From Pseudomonadales bacterium (GTDB lineage Bacteria; Pseudomonadota; Gammaproteobacteria; Pseudomonadales; Azotimanducaceae): a stretch of DNA of 64,000 nucleotides. Position numbers and translations under genes: made by a program. Location: assembly GCA_963663395.1 (NCBI GenBank), contig OY760226.1:3608325-3672324 (forward strand), written 5' to 3'. Of this stretch, positions 18,229 through 27,802 are shown piece by piece (the first letter of the stretch is position 1; each line of letters opens with the position of its first letter). The notes under the pieces were generated by a model. It had not been told where the DNA came from. It saw only the letters and a program-made list of their open reading frames with translations, and searched no databases.

Positions 18229-18393
18229 CTAGCAGCCCGTGGCAAAAGTCCGGCGTAGCACCGAGAGCGCCGATGCGCCCGCCTGGCAAGGCGCGAGGAG
18301 CGAGAATATCGGGCATATTTGAGCGACGAGCAACGCAGTCAGGCGGGCGCAGCGGCGTTCGAATGCCGGCGGACTTTTGCCACGGGCTGCTAG
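18229..18393. repeat. 165-bp extended imperfect palindrome in a divergent promoter region (24-bp perfect outer arms, 11-bp perfect inner arms)
   Basis: The outer arm CTAGCAGCCCGTGGCAAAAGTCCG at 18229..18252 is the exact reverse complement of 18370..18393. The inner arms are GCGCCCGCCTG (18274..18284) and CAGGCGGGCGC (18340..18350). The centre AATATCGGGCATATT is also symmetric. Confidence 0.85.
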
Positions 18394-18488
18394 CATCGGT
18401 CGAGTCGACGGCTTCAGTGCCGCTTGATGATCGGGGCACATTGCCGTAGAAGCTTAAATCGCCATCCGACTGCAGGGGTGAACGGGGA

Positions 18489-19511
18489 ATGACGACCTTT
18501 GGAATAGCCAGCAAGCCCGAGCGCAAGGACGAGTTCATTCGTTGGGTCACCGAGGCCGAACAAGCCGGTTTCGGCCTGGTCTGTACCGGAGATTCGCCGG
18601 CGCTGCTGCGCGATCAGTACGTGGCCCTGACGCTGCTGGCCCTCAATACCACGCATTGCAAGATCGGCAGCTTCATCACCAACCCGGTGTCCCGGCATCC
18701 CACCATCACGGCAGGTGCGAGCAGCACCCTCAACGAGCTCTCGGGGGGCCGCTTCCGCATCGGCATCAGCACCGGCGACAGCGGCATTCTGAACCTGGGC
18801 CTGAAGCGGGCGACGCTGGCCCGGCTCGAAGAGTACGTGGTGACCATGCAGAGGCTGTGGCGCGATTCCGAAGCCCCGTACAGGGGCGGAACCGCGCGCC
18901 TGGTGTGGACCGACGAACCGGTGCCCATCTACCTGGCGGCCGGCGGCCCCAGGGCCCTGGAACTGGCCGGCCGCATCGCCGACGGGGTCTATGTGACCCT
19001 GGGGCTCGCGCCCGAAGCCATCGACGGCGCCCTGCGCCACCTGGAAATCGGGGCCGGGCAGTCGGGCCGCACACTCGACGATCTCGACATCTGGTGGCAT
19101 GTACGCGCCAACATCGACGACGACTACGAGACCGCGGTGCGCGGTTGCCTGTCACTGCTCGGCGGTATCGCGCACCATACGTTTCAGGCCGGCGTGGAAG
19201 GTAAGTTCCTGCCCCGAAGGTACCAGGCGCCCATAGCTGACTTGGCCCGCCAATACAATTCCCAGCAGCACACGCGCATTGGCGGCGACGACGGCCTCAA
19301 TGCCAACGAGCGACTGGTGGTGGACCTCGGTCTGAAGGATTTTCTTTGCGAGAACTTCGCGTTCGTGGGAACACCATCCGACTGGATTTCCAAAGCGAGG
19401 GAACTGCACGGCCGCGGTGTCACCCAGATCGCTTTCGCCGTCGTGGTGCCTGACATCCATGCCTTCATCAAACAGGTGGGCGATGAGGTGATCCCGCACC
19501 TGCCCGGCTAG
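18489..19511 (+). CDS. LLM class (luciferase-like) flavin/F420-dependent oxidoreductase
   Basis: 340 aa. Motifs: GFGLVCTGDSPALLRD, HCKIGSFITNPVSRHPTITAGASSTLNELSGGRFRIGISTGDS and PIYLAAGGPRALELAGRIADGV. Confidence 0.85.
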   Translation: MTTFGIASKPERKDEFIRWVTEAEQAGFGLVCTGDSPALLRDQYVALTLLALNTTHCKIGSFITNPVSRHPTITAGASSTLNELSGGRFRIGISTGDSGILNLGLKRATLARLEEYVVTMQRLWRDSEAPYRGGTARLVWTDEPVPIYLAAGGPRALELAGRIADGVYVTLGLAPEAIDGALRHLEIGAGQSGRTLDDLDIWWHVRANIDDDYETAVRGCLSLLGGIAHHTFQAGVEGKFLPRRYQAPIADLARQYNSQQHTRIGGDDGLNANERLVVDLGLKDFLCENFAFVGTPSDWISKARELHGRGVTQIAFAVVVPDIHAFIKQVGDEVIPHLPG

Positions 19512-19532
19512 TCGGAAAGCGGAAGCGGGCCG

Positions 19533-20279
19533 TCAGGCCAGTGCGCGCACCCGTTCCGGATCCGGGGCCCCGGGCATGAACATGATCACCGCGTCATCGA
19601 ACCCGTAGTCCGCGTATTGCTGCAGGCGCGCGCGCAGTTTGCCGAGATCGCTGTCGGGGTCGACGATGATGGTGGTCACGACGGCGCGCCGCCCTCCGGC
19701 CGCTCGGTATCGCTTGAGCCGGGTCTTGAGCCGCTCTGCCTGTTGGAAACGCGCGGAAGCGATCCAGCCATCGAATTCGCGCGCCGCTCGCTCGATTTCG
19801 CCGCCCCAGGTGCCGTAGAAGATCGGCGGCGATGGCCGCGGAATCGGATTGAGCGAGATCTCGCCCCACTCCCCAGTGCAAAGTAGGCCGCGCAGCGGCG
19901 CCAGATTGCGATGCAGCGAATCGAGCCTTTTGGTGTAGTCCCGCCCCAGCGCCGCGAAGTCGGGCTCGGATGAACCGGCCCCCACCCCCACAATCAGCCG
20001 GTCGCCGCACACCTCGACCAGTGAAAGCACGCGATGCGCCAATTCCACCGGGTGATGCAGGGGTACCTGGATGATGCCGGTGCCAAGTTCGACGTTTCGC
20101 GTTACCGTCGCTGCCACGGACAACGCGACGAACGGGTCGACCATGAACACCCCGCGCCCGATCGAACTCGCCGCCCACAGGCTGGTGAAACCCGCATCCT
20201 CGTAGCGGCGCGCCCGGTCGGCGAGCGGCCGTTCCTGCTGCGCCGGCGAGAACGGGGCCAGCACCGCGCCAAGTCTCAT
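19533..20279 (-). CDS. LLM class (luciferase-like) oxidoreductase, short form
   Basis: 248 aa. Motifs: YEDAGFTSLWAA, VELGTGIIQVPLHHPVELAHRVLSLVEVCGDRLIVGVGAGSSEPDF and PPIFYGTWGGEIERAAREFDGWI. Confidence 0.8.
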   Translation of the reverse strand: MRLGAVLAPFSPAQQERPLADRARRYEDAGFTSLWAASSIGRGVFMVDPFVALSVAATVTRNVELGTGIIQVPLHHPVELAHRVLSLVEVCGDRLIVGVGAGSSEPDFAALGRDYTKRLDSLHRNLAPLRGLLCTGEWGEISLNPIPRPSPPIFYGTWGGEIERAAREFDGWIASARFQQAERLKTRLKRYRAAGGRRAVVTTIIVDPDSDLGKLRARLQQYADYGFDDAVIMFMPGAPDPERVRALA

Positions 20280-20387
20280 TGCTCGTCCTCCAGTTCTTCC
20301 GGTTGCGCAAACTCATCGTTAGTATGCGCGAACGCCCCGCCGACAACGACACCAATCCGGGATAGCGCAACACGCGACCAGACGACC

Positions 20388-21728
20388 GTGCGGCTCAGCA
20401 ACACCAAATTGGCGGCTTACTCCCTGCCGGCACTGCCCATCGCTGCCTTCGCGACGCCGCTGGCCATCTACGCACCGCCGTTCTACGCCACCGACATGGG
20501 TCTCGGGCTCGCCGCCGTCGGCACCATCTTCATGGTGGCTCGGTTCTGGGACCTGTTTACCGATCCGGTGATGGGGGTGCTGTCCGACAAGCTGCCGTCG
20601 CGATGGGGCCGCCGGCGCCACTGGATGGTCATCGCCATCCCCATCCTCATGCTCTCCACCGTACTGGTCATGTTTCCCAACTGGTTCCCCCAGGCGCACG
20701 GCAGCGTCGCCTACCTGTTGATCACCTTGCTGCTGTTGTACGTGGGCTACACGCTGCTGACCATCTCCCACATCGCCTGGGGCGCGGAACTCACAGACGA
20801 CTATCACGAGCGCTCGCGCGTCCAGGGATGGCGTGAGTTCGCACACCTCGGATCCATGACGCTGGTGCTGATGATTCCCGCGGTGCTCGAGCAGACCGGT
20901 CAAGCCCTGTCGAGCGTGGTGAAGATGAATGCCATGGGCTGGTACGTGCTGGCACTCACCCCCATTGCCATTTTCATCGCCGTGCGCTTTGTCGGCGAGC
21001 GCCCCGTAAAGCGCGCGCCCAATCCACTAGGCTTCACGGCCGCGTTCAGGGTGCTGGCGCAGAACCCGTTCCTGCGCCGCGTGGTGATCGCCGACCTGTT
21101 CATTCACCTGCCGAGCTCCGTACGCGCCTCCGTGTTCATCTTCTATGTGGCCGCCATCATTGAAATGCCGGAGTGGTCGGCGGTCATCATGCTGTCCTAT
21201 TTCGCTGCCGGGCCTATCGCCGTGCCGCTCTGGGTGAAAATTTCAAAACATCTGAGCAAGCACAAGGCCGCGGCGCTGGGTGTGTTCCTGCACGTGGCGG
21301 TAACCATCTCGTACCTGCTTCCGGGAAAGGGCGATGCCCTGCTGTTCGCCGGCCTGTTTTTCATGTCGGGCATCGTTTACGCGGGCGTACCCTTCCTGAT
21401 CCGCTCCATGGTCGCAGACATCGTCGACTACGACCGATTGCAGACCGGCCAGGACCGGACCGGCCTGTTCTACGCCACCGTCACCACCACCATGAAGGTT
21501 GGCGGGGCGCTCGGCATCGGGCTCGGCTACCCGCTGCTGGCGCTGATCGGATTCAATCCGTCGGGGCCCAACGAGCAGGCGCAACTGGACGGGCTGCGCT
21601 ACGTGTACGCGTTCCTACCCGCCGTCTCCGAGCTGCTGGTGGTTTATCTGCTCTATCGCTTTCCGCTCGATGAGGCCATGCAGAAGCGTCTGCGGGAGCA
21701 ACTGGCTGCACGCGACGCGAGCCGATAG
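20388..21728 (+). CDS. MFS transporter, glycoside-pentoside-hexuronide (GPH/MelB-like) type
   Basis: Lies in ORF 20034..21728; GTG 20388 is the only plausible start after the divergent gene. MRLSNTKLAAYSLPALPIAAF...FYATDMGLGLAAVGTIFMVARFWDLFTDPVMGVLSDKLPSRWGRRRHW is the GPH signature region. About 12 helices. Confidence 0.82.
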   Translation: MRLSNTKLAAYSLPALPIAAFATPLAIYAPPFYATDMGLGLAAVGTIFMVARFWDLFTDPVMGVLSDKLPSRWGRRRHWMVIAIPILMLSTVLVMFPNWFPQAHGSVAYLLITLLLLYVGYTLLTISHIAWGAELTDDYHERSRVQGWREFAHLGSMTLVLMIPAVLEQTGQALSSVVKMNAMGWYVLALTPIAIFIAVRFVGERPVKRAPNPLGFTAAFRVLAQNPFLRRVVIADLFIHLPSSVRASVFIFYVAAIIEMPEWSAVIMLSYFAAGPIAVPLWVKISKHLSKHKAAALGVFLHVAVTISYLLPGKGDALLFAGLFFMSGIVYAGVPFLIRSMVADIVDYDRLQTGQDRTGLFYATVTTTMKVGGALGIGLGYPLLALIGFNPSGPNEQAQLDGLRYVYAFLPAVSELLVVYLLYRFPLDEAMQKRLREQLAARDASR

Positions 21729-21763
21729 GATTTCCGTTTCAACCGGGCCGTCGAGGACAGACA

Positions 21764-22900
21764 TTGACCTTCACGCCAACCGAAGAACAGGTGCTGCTGC
21801 GCGACCAGGTGCACGCGCTCTGCGAAGAGCAGGCGCCGCCGCAGACTTTGCGTGAACTCATCACCGACAACGTGCCCTGGCACCGGGAACTGTGGGGCGT
21901 CATGGGGGAGCTTGGCCTGCTCGGCGCAGCGATTCCCCAATCCTGCGGCGGGGTGGGGCTGGGGCCTGGGGAACTCGCAGTCATCAACCGGGAACTCGGG
22001 CGTGCGGTAGCCCCGGTGCCGTTCTTTTCATCGTCCTGCATGGCAGCGGAAGCCATCCGGCTCGCCGGCACTACCGAGCAGCAGGCCCGCTGGCTGCCGG
22101 GCCTGGCTACGGGCGAGCGCGTTGCCACCTTTGCCTGGGCCGAGCCATCCGCCACCCTGACGGCGCGACCGCTTGCCACGAGCATCACCGGGGCGAGAAT
22201 TCGCGGCACCAAAACGCCGGTGCCGGATGCCGGGATTGCCGAGCTTTGCGTGGTGCTGGCAGACCGGGGTGGGGAGGACTGCCTGGCCGTGGTCGAACTC
22301 GACCAGGGGGGAGTGCAGCGAAAGCCGCTGAACGGCTTTGACCAACTGCGTCACCATGCAGCCATCGATTTTCACGATGCCCGCTGTGAAGCCCTCGATG
22401 CCGCGAGCGGCGGCGCGTTGACCCGGACACTGTTCGATGAATTCGCCACGCTGCTCGCCTTCGAGCAGGTGGGCGGGGCCGAAGCCGCGCTGCACATGGC
22501 CCGGGACTACACGCTGGAACGCTACATATTCGGCCGCAAGCTGGGCTCCTACCAGGCAGTGAAGCACAAGCTGGCCGACATTCTGGCGGCGCTGGAGCTG
22601 GCGCACGCCAACGCCCTCTGCGCCCTCGAATCTCTTGCGGTGGAATCGCTGGCAAAGGACCAGCCCGACAGCCACACCGCAGCGGCCACTGCGCGCATCG
22701 GCGCGACCGAGGTCTACGAGTCCGCGGCACGCGAGAACCTGCAACTGCACGGCGGTATCGGCTTCACCTGGGAAGCCGATTGCCATTTCCACTACCGCCG
22801 GGCGCGCCTGCTGGCACTGAGCCTGGGCAGCGTCGAGGTGTGGACCGACATGTTGATCGATGCACTCGCCGGTACGGCGAGCCATCCGCAAGCCGCCTGA
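21764..22900 (+). CDS. acyl-CoA dehydrogenase family protein, small/degenerate partner of a two-gene pair
   Basis: 378 aa from TTG 21764 (GAGGA lies 8 nt upstream). ACAD fold: LWGVMGELGLLGAAIPQSCGGVGL, RYIFGRKLGSYQAVKHKLADI and NLQLHGGIGFTWEADCHFHYRRAR. Where partners have SEPxAGSD, this protein has the degenerate AEPSATLT. Confidence 0.85.
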   Translation: MTFTPTEEQVLLRDQVHALCEEQAPPQTLRELITDNVPWHRELWGVMGELGLLGAAIPQSCGGVGLGPGELAVINRELGRAVAPVPFFSSSCMAAEAIRLAGTTEQQARWLPGLATGERVATFAWAEPSATLTARPLATSITGARIRGTKTPVPDAGIAELCVVLADRGGEDCLAVVELDQGGVQRKPLNGFDQLRHHAAIDFHDARCEALDAASGGALTRTLFDEFATLLAFEQVGGAEAALHMARDYTLERYIFGRKLGSYQAVKHKLADILAALELAHANALCALESLAVESLAKDQPDSHTAAATARIGATEVYESAARENLQLHGGIGFTWEADCHFHYRRARLLALSLGSVEVWTDMLIDALAGTASHPQAA

Positions 22901-22917
22901 AAGGCCCGGGACACCCG

Positions 22918-24132
22918 ATGAGCGAACAGGCACGAGACGACGGGTACCGCAAACAGGTTAGGGAGTGGCTTGCCGAAAACGCCGCCGAGTACACCGAACC
23001 CCGAGAGTATTCCGAAACGGAGCTGGTGGCGCGCAGCAAGGCGTGGATCCGCAGGAAACACGATGCCGGCTACTCGGCGATCGCGGAACCCGTCGCAGCC
23101 GGCGGCGCCGGTGGAACGGCCCGGCAGGCAGCCGTTTTCGCCCGGGAGGAAGCCCGCTATCACACGCCGATCTTTACCGGGGTGGGCATCGGCTTCGACA
23201 TGACCATGGCGGCGGTGAAGCGTCATGGCACGCCGCAGCAGTACGACCATTTCGGTACCCTCACCCATCGGGGCGACATCACCTGGTGTCAACTCTTCTC
23301 CGAGCCGTCCGCCGGGTCGGACCTGGCGGCGCTGCGAACGCGGGCGGTCAAGGACGGCGACAACTGGGTGGTCAACGGGCAGAAGGTCTGGTCGAGCTGG
23401 GCGCACCACGCCGACTGGGGCATCCTTATCGCGCGCACCGATCCCGCCGTGGCGAAGCACAACGGCCTGACCTTCTTCCTGGTGGACATGAAAAGCCCCG
23501 GCATCGAGGTGCGCCCCATCCGGCAGATCACGGGCAAATCCGACTTCAACGAAACATTCCTCACCGACGTGGTCATCCCCGATGCCAACCGCGTCGGCGC
23601 CGAAGGCGAAGGTTGGGCCTGCTGCATGACGGTACTCGCCACGGAGCGCAATCGCACCCGCACCGCCCGCGCGGGCGGGGACCGGTCCGGTTCGGTGCTG
23701 TCGTTGATTCAACAGGCCGCGGCAACGCCACGGCAGGGCGGCAGTGCACTCGACAGCCCGGCGGTGCGCGCCAAGCTCGCCCGCTGGTACGTGCGCGAGC
23801 AGGGCCTGAAAAACTTCGGCCGGCGCCTGGATGAGCAGGCTCGGTCCGGCGATGGCCTTCCCGCCACCGTCGCGCTGGTAAAGCTTGTATCCGCCACCCT
23901 TTTACAGGAAACGCATGCGTTCCTGATGGACCTCGACGAGTTCGAGGGCACCTTCAGCAGCGACGAAACGGATCGCGAAGAGGTTTTCTACCAGTACCTG
24001 TGGTCATCGGCCATGCGCATCGCCGGAGGCGCCGACGAAGTGCTGCGCAACCAGCTCGCCGAGCGCGCGCTGGGCATGCCCGGAGAGATGCGCGCCGACA
24101 AGGGCGTGCCGTTCAACGAGCTGCCCGGATAA
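22918..24132 (+). CDS. acyl-CoA dehydrogenase (FadE-like, large subunit of pair)
   Basis: Lies in ORF 22780..24132, start ATG 22918. Motifs: WCQLFSEPSAGSDLAALRTRA, DGDNWVVNGQKVWSS, LATERN (Glu at the IVD/LCAD-type base position) and IAGGADEVLRNQLAERALGMP. Confidence 0.9.
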   Translation: MSEQARDDGYRKQVREWLAENAAEYTEPREYSETELVARSKAWIRRKHDAGYSAIAEPVAAGGAGGTARQAAVFAREEARYHTPIFTGVGIGFDMTMAAVKRHGTPQQYDHFGTLTHRGDITWCQLFSEPSAGSDLAALRTRAVKDGDNWVVNGQKVWSSWAHHADWGILIARTDPAVAKHNGLTFFLVDMKSPGIEVRPIRQITGKSDFNETFLTDVVIPDANRVGAEGEGWACCMTVLATERNRTRTARAGGDRSGSVLSLIQQAAATPRQGGSALDSPAVRAKLARWYVREQGLKNFGRRLDEQARSGDGLPATVALVKLVSATLLQETHAFLMDLDEFEGTFSSDETDREEVFYQYLWSSAMRIAGGADEVLRNQLAERALGMPGEMRADKGVPFNELPG

Positions 24133-24149
24133 GTTGACTCTGACCCCAT

Positions 24150-24989
24150 TTATCTCACCGAGACTGCAGCCTGTGCCAAGCGCTGTGCGGCAGACATGAA
24201 TTCGTCAAAAGTGGCCGACTTTGTATCCACGGCGGCCTGCACGCAACCCGCCGCCTGATAACCGCCGAGCCAATCCTGCATCTCCCCCAACGAAGCATCG
24301 TCGGTGATCCGTCCACGGATGCTCGTGGGCACAATGCGGCCGGCCTGTTCGTCGATGACCGTGCTGCCGCGCTGCACTTCCTCGGGAGACAGACCCGTCG
24401 GGTGCCAGTAGTCGGCGTACTTCGCAGCGCGGCGCAAGGGTGCGCGCGCCGTTCCCCGGGAGCCGATCCACAGCGGAATGCGCGGTTGCTGGACGGGCCG
24501 CGGTTGAAAGCGCACCTTGCGAAAGCTATGAAACTCTCCACTGAAAGCAACATCGTCTTTGGCGCTCCAACAGGCCTGCATGACATCGAGGGCCTCGTCG
24601 GTATACGCACCCCGCCGCTCGTAGAGGTGCTGCCTGCCCAGCGCAAAGAACTCCGCCCGTGCCCAGCCCGTGCCGATGCCCAGGTCGACGCGCCCGCCGG
24701 ACAGCGCGTCGATGCTGGCCAGCATCTTGGCGGTCAGCACCGCGTCCCGGTACGGAACCACCAGCACGCCGATGCCGAGGCGGATGGTATCCGTAATGCC
24801 GGCGACATAGGCGAGCGTGCTCACCGTCTCGAGCCAGCAATCGCCATATACGGGCTGGAAGATCTCGAACCCCACGACGTGGTCGGTGAGCCACAGCCCA
24901 TCGAAGCCCATCTGCTCGAGGTCTTTACAGCCCGCGACCGCCTGTTCCGCAAAAGGCCCCTCGTTGGGAACCACGATATCTACACGCAC
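24150..24989 (-). CDS. LLM class F420-dependent-type oxidoreductase
   Basis: 279 aa from GTG 24989. Motifs: GFDGLWLTDHVVG, IRLGIGVLVVPYRDAVLTAKMLASIDALSGGRVDLGIGTGWARAEF and IPLWIGSRGTARAPLRRAAKYADYW. Confidence 0.85.
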   Translation of the reverse strand: MRVDIVVPNEGPFAEQAVAGCKDLEQMGFDGLWLTDHVVGFEIFQPVYGDCWLETVSTLAYVAGITDTIRLGIGVLVVPYRDAVLTAKMLASIDALSGGRVDLGIGTGWARAEFFALGRQHLYERRGAYTDEALDVMQACWSAKDDVAFSGEFHSFRKVRFQPRPVQQPRIPLWIGSRGTARAPLRRAAKYADYWHPTGLSPEEVQRGSTVIDEQAGRIVPTSIRGRITDDASLGEMQDWLGGYQAAGCVQAAVDTKSATFDEFMSAAQRLAQAAVSVR

Positions 24990-25065
24990 TCGCCTTCTCC
25001 TTTGCCGACGCCAACCTCAGGCCGCCCATGCCACGCCGCGAAACCGGCGGCTTGTATCGCCATTC

Positions 25066-25536
25066 TCAACCCGCCTTTTCCAGGCCGCGCAGCTTGCGGT
25101 TGTACCAGGAACGCACCTCCCCCTCGCGCAACGTGCACCGGTAAACCACCGAAGACGCCGCGTAGTGCTTCCTGGTGGCCTTCGGGGCTTTGCTGACCTC
25201 GGCTCGAAATGCCGCGTATTTCTCGCCGAGCAGTTTCTGGATGCGCCGGTTCTCCGTTTCGTCCTGCACCACCTCGGCATCGCAGTTGATCACCACCGCC
25301 CTGAGGTCCACCCAGCGCTCGCCGGATTCCACCAAAAGGCACACCCGGCGGTCGCGCTCGATGTGCTTTGCCTTGGCGGACCTCGCCCGGGTTCTCAGGT
25401 AGATAGCGCCGTTTTCGTAGACGTACCACAACGGCGTCATGAACGGCACGCCGGACTTGCGTGTCGTGGCGAGAATCACCGTGTGACCTTTGGTCAGGTA
25501 CTCGTCGATTTCATCCCTGGTCAGTTGAACTCCCAT
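25066..25536 (-). CDS. pyridoxamine 5'-phosphate oxidase (PPOX) family / split-barrel flavin or deazaflavin-binding protein
   Basis: 156 aa. MGVQLTRDEIDEYLTKGHTVILATTRKSGVPFMTPLWYVYENGAIYLRTRARSAKAKHIERDRRVCLLVESG is the typical PPOX-class N-terminal pattern. Confidence 0.8.
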   Translation of the reverse strand: MGVQLTRDEIDEYLTKGHTVILATTRKSGVPFMTPLWYVYENGAIYLRTRARSAKAKHIERDRRVCLLVESGERWVDLRAVVINCDAEVVQDETENRRIQKLLGEKYAAFRAEVSKAPKATRKHYAASSVVYRCTLREGEVRSWYNRKLRGLEKAG

Positions 25537-25666
25537 TCAAATACTCCTATTCAGTTGAATTACCAGACCTGGTGATCACGAACCAGGTTTGCAAATGAGT
25601 CAACCATCAAGCCGACGACTGTCCTCTGGTTGATCTGAGGCAAAACCCTGTCAGGCATCGAACCCT

Positions 25667-26860
25667 TCACAGCCCCAGCACGCGCTTGGCCAGTATGTTC
25701 CTCTGCACCTCGTCCGAGCCTGCGTAGATGGTCTCCCCGCGTTTCATGAAGTAGCGCAATGTCTCGGCGGTCGCGTAGTCAGGCGCCACGGGCCGGCTGT
25801 TACTGGCCGCGGAAAGCATGTCCGGCTCATAGGGTAGTCCATAGTAGCCGAGCGCCTGCATGCCCAGTTCCGTGATGCGCTGCATCAGGTTGGCGCTCAG
25901 CACCTTGGTTGCCGAGACCTCCGCCCCGGGCTGCTCGCCGCGGCTCAACCGGCTGGTGAAGCGCAGTTCCCAGGTGTCCAGCGCCTGCAGGTCCACCTCG
26001 ATACGGGCGAGCCGCCGCGCCACATCCGCATCGTCCGCCAGGCGGGCGCCGTCGCCGGCCCGCTCCAGGCCGACGATGTGCCTGACGCGATCCAGCCGCT
26101 GCAACAACCGCGAGGCGCCGCTGCCGAGCCGCTCGAAGGCGAGAAAATACTTGGCCACCGTCCAGCCCTCGTTCTCCGCCCCCACCCGGTTGGCCTTGGG
26201 AACGCGCACGTCGCTCAAAAACACCTGGTTGAAATCGTGCTGGCCCGCCAGGTTGATTATGGGCCGGATCTCGATGCCCGGCGTGCCCAGGTCCATCAAC
26301 AGGAAGGTGATGCCCTGTTGTCTGCGGCCCTCCCGCGACGTTCGCACCAGGCAGAATAGCCAGTCTGAGCGGTGCGCATAGGTGGTCCAGGTCTTGGTGC
26401 CGTTGACGATGTAGTCATCGCCGTCGGCAACGGCTGAGGTGACCAGCGATGCCAGGTCAGACCCCGCGGCGGGCTCGGAGTAACCCTGGGCCCAGATGGT
26501 GTCGACCTTGAGGATGTCCGGCAGAAAGCGCGCTTTCTGCGCATCGCTGCCGAAGCCCAGGATGCAGGAGCCCGGGTGATTGTTGAAGCCCCGCGGCGCT
26601 CCCGCCAGGGCGACTTCGCGGTTGAAGATGTAGTGCTGCAACGCACTCCACCCGGTTCCGCCCCACTCCACGGGCCAGCCGGGCTGCCCCCAGCCGCGCT
26701 CCGCCAGAATCTTCAGCCAGCGGTTGCCGTATTCGAATTCGCAGTAAGTCTCCACGGTGCGGTCGGCGGCGGCCATGAGGTCCGGCGTCAGCCTGTCGGC
26801 CAGAAACGCCCGCACCTCGTCGCGAAACGCCGTATCCGCATCGCCAAAGGACAGGTCCAT
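25667..26860 (-). CDS. acyl-CoA dehydrogenase (FadE-like), stand-alone
   Basis: Lies in ORF 25667..26908, start ATG 26860 (MDLSFGDADTAFRDEVRAFL). Motifs: WAQGYSEPAAGSDLASL, DGDDYIVNGTKTWTT, LAFERLG and IYAGSDEVQRNILAKRVLGL. Confidence 0.9.
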   Translation of the reverse strand: MDLSFGDADTAFRDEVRAFLADRLTPDLMAAADRTVETYCEFEYGNRWLKILAERGWGQPGWPVEWGGTGWSALQHYIFNREVALAGAPRGFNNHPGSCILGFGSDAQKARFLPDILKVDTIWAQGYSEPAAGSDLASLVTSAVADGDDYIVNGTKTWTTYAHRSDWLFCLVRTSREGRRQQGITFLLMDLGTPGIEIRPIINLAGQHDFNQVFLSDVRVPKANRVGAENEGWTVAKYFLAFERLGSGASRLLQRLDRVRHIVGLERAGDGARLADDADVARRLARIEVDLQALDTWELRFTSRLSRGEQPGAEVSATKVLSANLMQRITELGMQALGYYGLPYEPDMLSAASNSRPVAPDYATAETLRYFMKRGETIYAGSDEVQRNILAKRVLGL

Positions 26861-26988
26861 GGGATTCCCCGCAAAACCACGGGCGTACCCGGGTGGGCAC
26901 GCCCCCATTCACGTAATAGTATTCCGATTCTGCCAAATCCTATAAATCTTTTAACCAATTGCGGGCATGCGCCGATGGAGACGATCCG

Positions 26989-27795
26989 ATGAGCTACGAA
27001 TACATCCTGGTGGAGCGGCCCGCGCAGCGGGTGGCAAGCATTACCCTCAATAATCCGCCACGGCTGAACGCCATCAACGGCGACATGCTGCGCGAACTCG
27101 ACCGGGCGGTGCGCCGCATCGAGCGCGACGAGGAGGTGCGCGCCTGGCTGCTCACCGGCGCGCCGCGCCCGGACGGCAGGCCCTGCTTCAGCGCCGGGGT
27201 CGACCTGAAAGCCATCAACGAAGGCGTCCGCCTGGACCGACACCTGGGGCCCAGGGTAACCAATACCATCGACGACATGCTCAAACCCTCCATCGCCGTA
27301 CTGGACGGCATCGCCAGCACCGGCGCCATCGAGCTGGCCCTGGCCTGCGACTTCCGGCTGGTGGGCACTCAAGCCGCCATCAGCGACTGGCACCTGAAGC
27401 ACCTGGGCTCCGGCGTAGGCTCCTGGGGCTCGCCGGCCCGCTGGCTGACCCTGGTGGGCCCGGCGGTCACCAAGGAGATGATTCTCACCGCCAGGGTGAT
27501 GAATGCCGACGAGGCGATCGCCACCGGCTTCGCAACGGCCCGACACCCTTCGAATGAGTTGTACGGACAGGCCATCGACATGGCCGGGACGATGGCGGAC
27601 ATGAATCCCGACGGGGTCAGCCAGGCGCTGGCCCACATCCAGCAGTCCGGCGCCCGCGAGCGCGATCACTCGCTGACGCTGGCCACCCAGGTCAGGCAAT
27701 GGTTCGGCAGCCCGGAAACCTTCGGCGAGCGCGCCAGCAAGGTGATGGCCGCGCGCCGGAAACGCCACGGGCCGCAACAGCCCAATTCAGATTGA
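26989..27795 (+). CDS. enoyl-CoA hydratase/isomerase (crotonase) family protein
   Basis: Lies in ORF 26959..27795, start ATG 26989. Motifs: VASITLNNPPRLNAINGDML, CFSAGVDLKAI and AVLDGIASTGAIELALACDFRLVG. Confidence 0.88.
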   Translation: MSYEYILVERPAQRVASITLNNPPRLNAINGDMLRELDRAVRRIERDEEVRAWLLTGAPRPDGRPCFSAGVDLKAINEGVRLDRHLGPRVTNTIDDMLKPSIAVLDGIASTGAIELALACDFRLVGTQAAISDWHLKHLGSGVGSWGSPARWLTLVGPAVTKEMILTARVMNADEAIATGFATARHPSNELYGQAIDMAGTMADMNPDGVSQALAHIQQSGARERDHSLTLATQVRQWFGSPETFGERASKVMAARRKRHGPQQPNSD

Positions 27796-27802
27796 GGGAC
27801 TC

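Noticed and set aside
18218-18550. An N-terminal extension of the CoA-transferase ORF (111 extra codons). Similar extensions occur on other ORFs: 844..1095, 20034..20387, 22780..22917, 29914..30207, 48967..49062 and 61135..61371.
   Set aside because: The extensions lack family similarity and run through intergenic repeats and AT-richer promoter-like DNA. An internal ATG or GTG with a Shine-Dalgarno-like sequence reproduces the canonical family N-terminus in each case.
25549-25560. Short ATTCA/TGAAT-type palindromes recur in AT-richer intergenic DNA: ATTCAGTTGAAT at 25549..25560, CTGAATTCAG at 47671..47680, ATTCGAAT at 52666..52673 and ATTCATCAATGAAT at 62406..62419. They might be a shared operator.
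   Set aside because: The arms are only 4-6 bp, spacing differs at every site, and positions relative to genes are inconsistent (some lie after stops). AT-rich mini-palindromes are expected by chance in the few AT-rich stretches. This is not enough to call a regulon motif without a genome-wide test.
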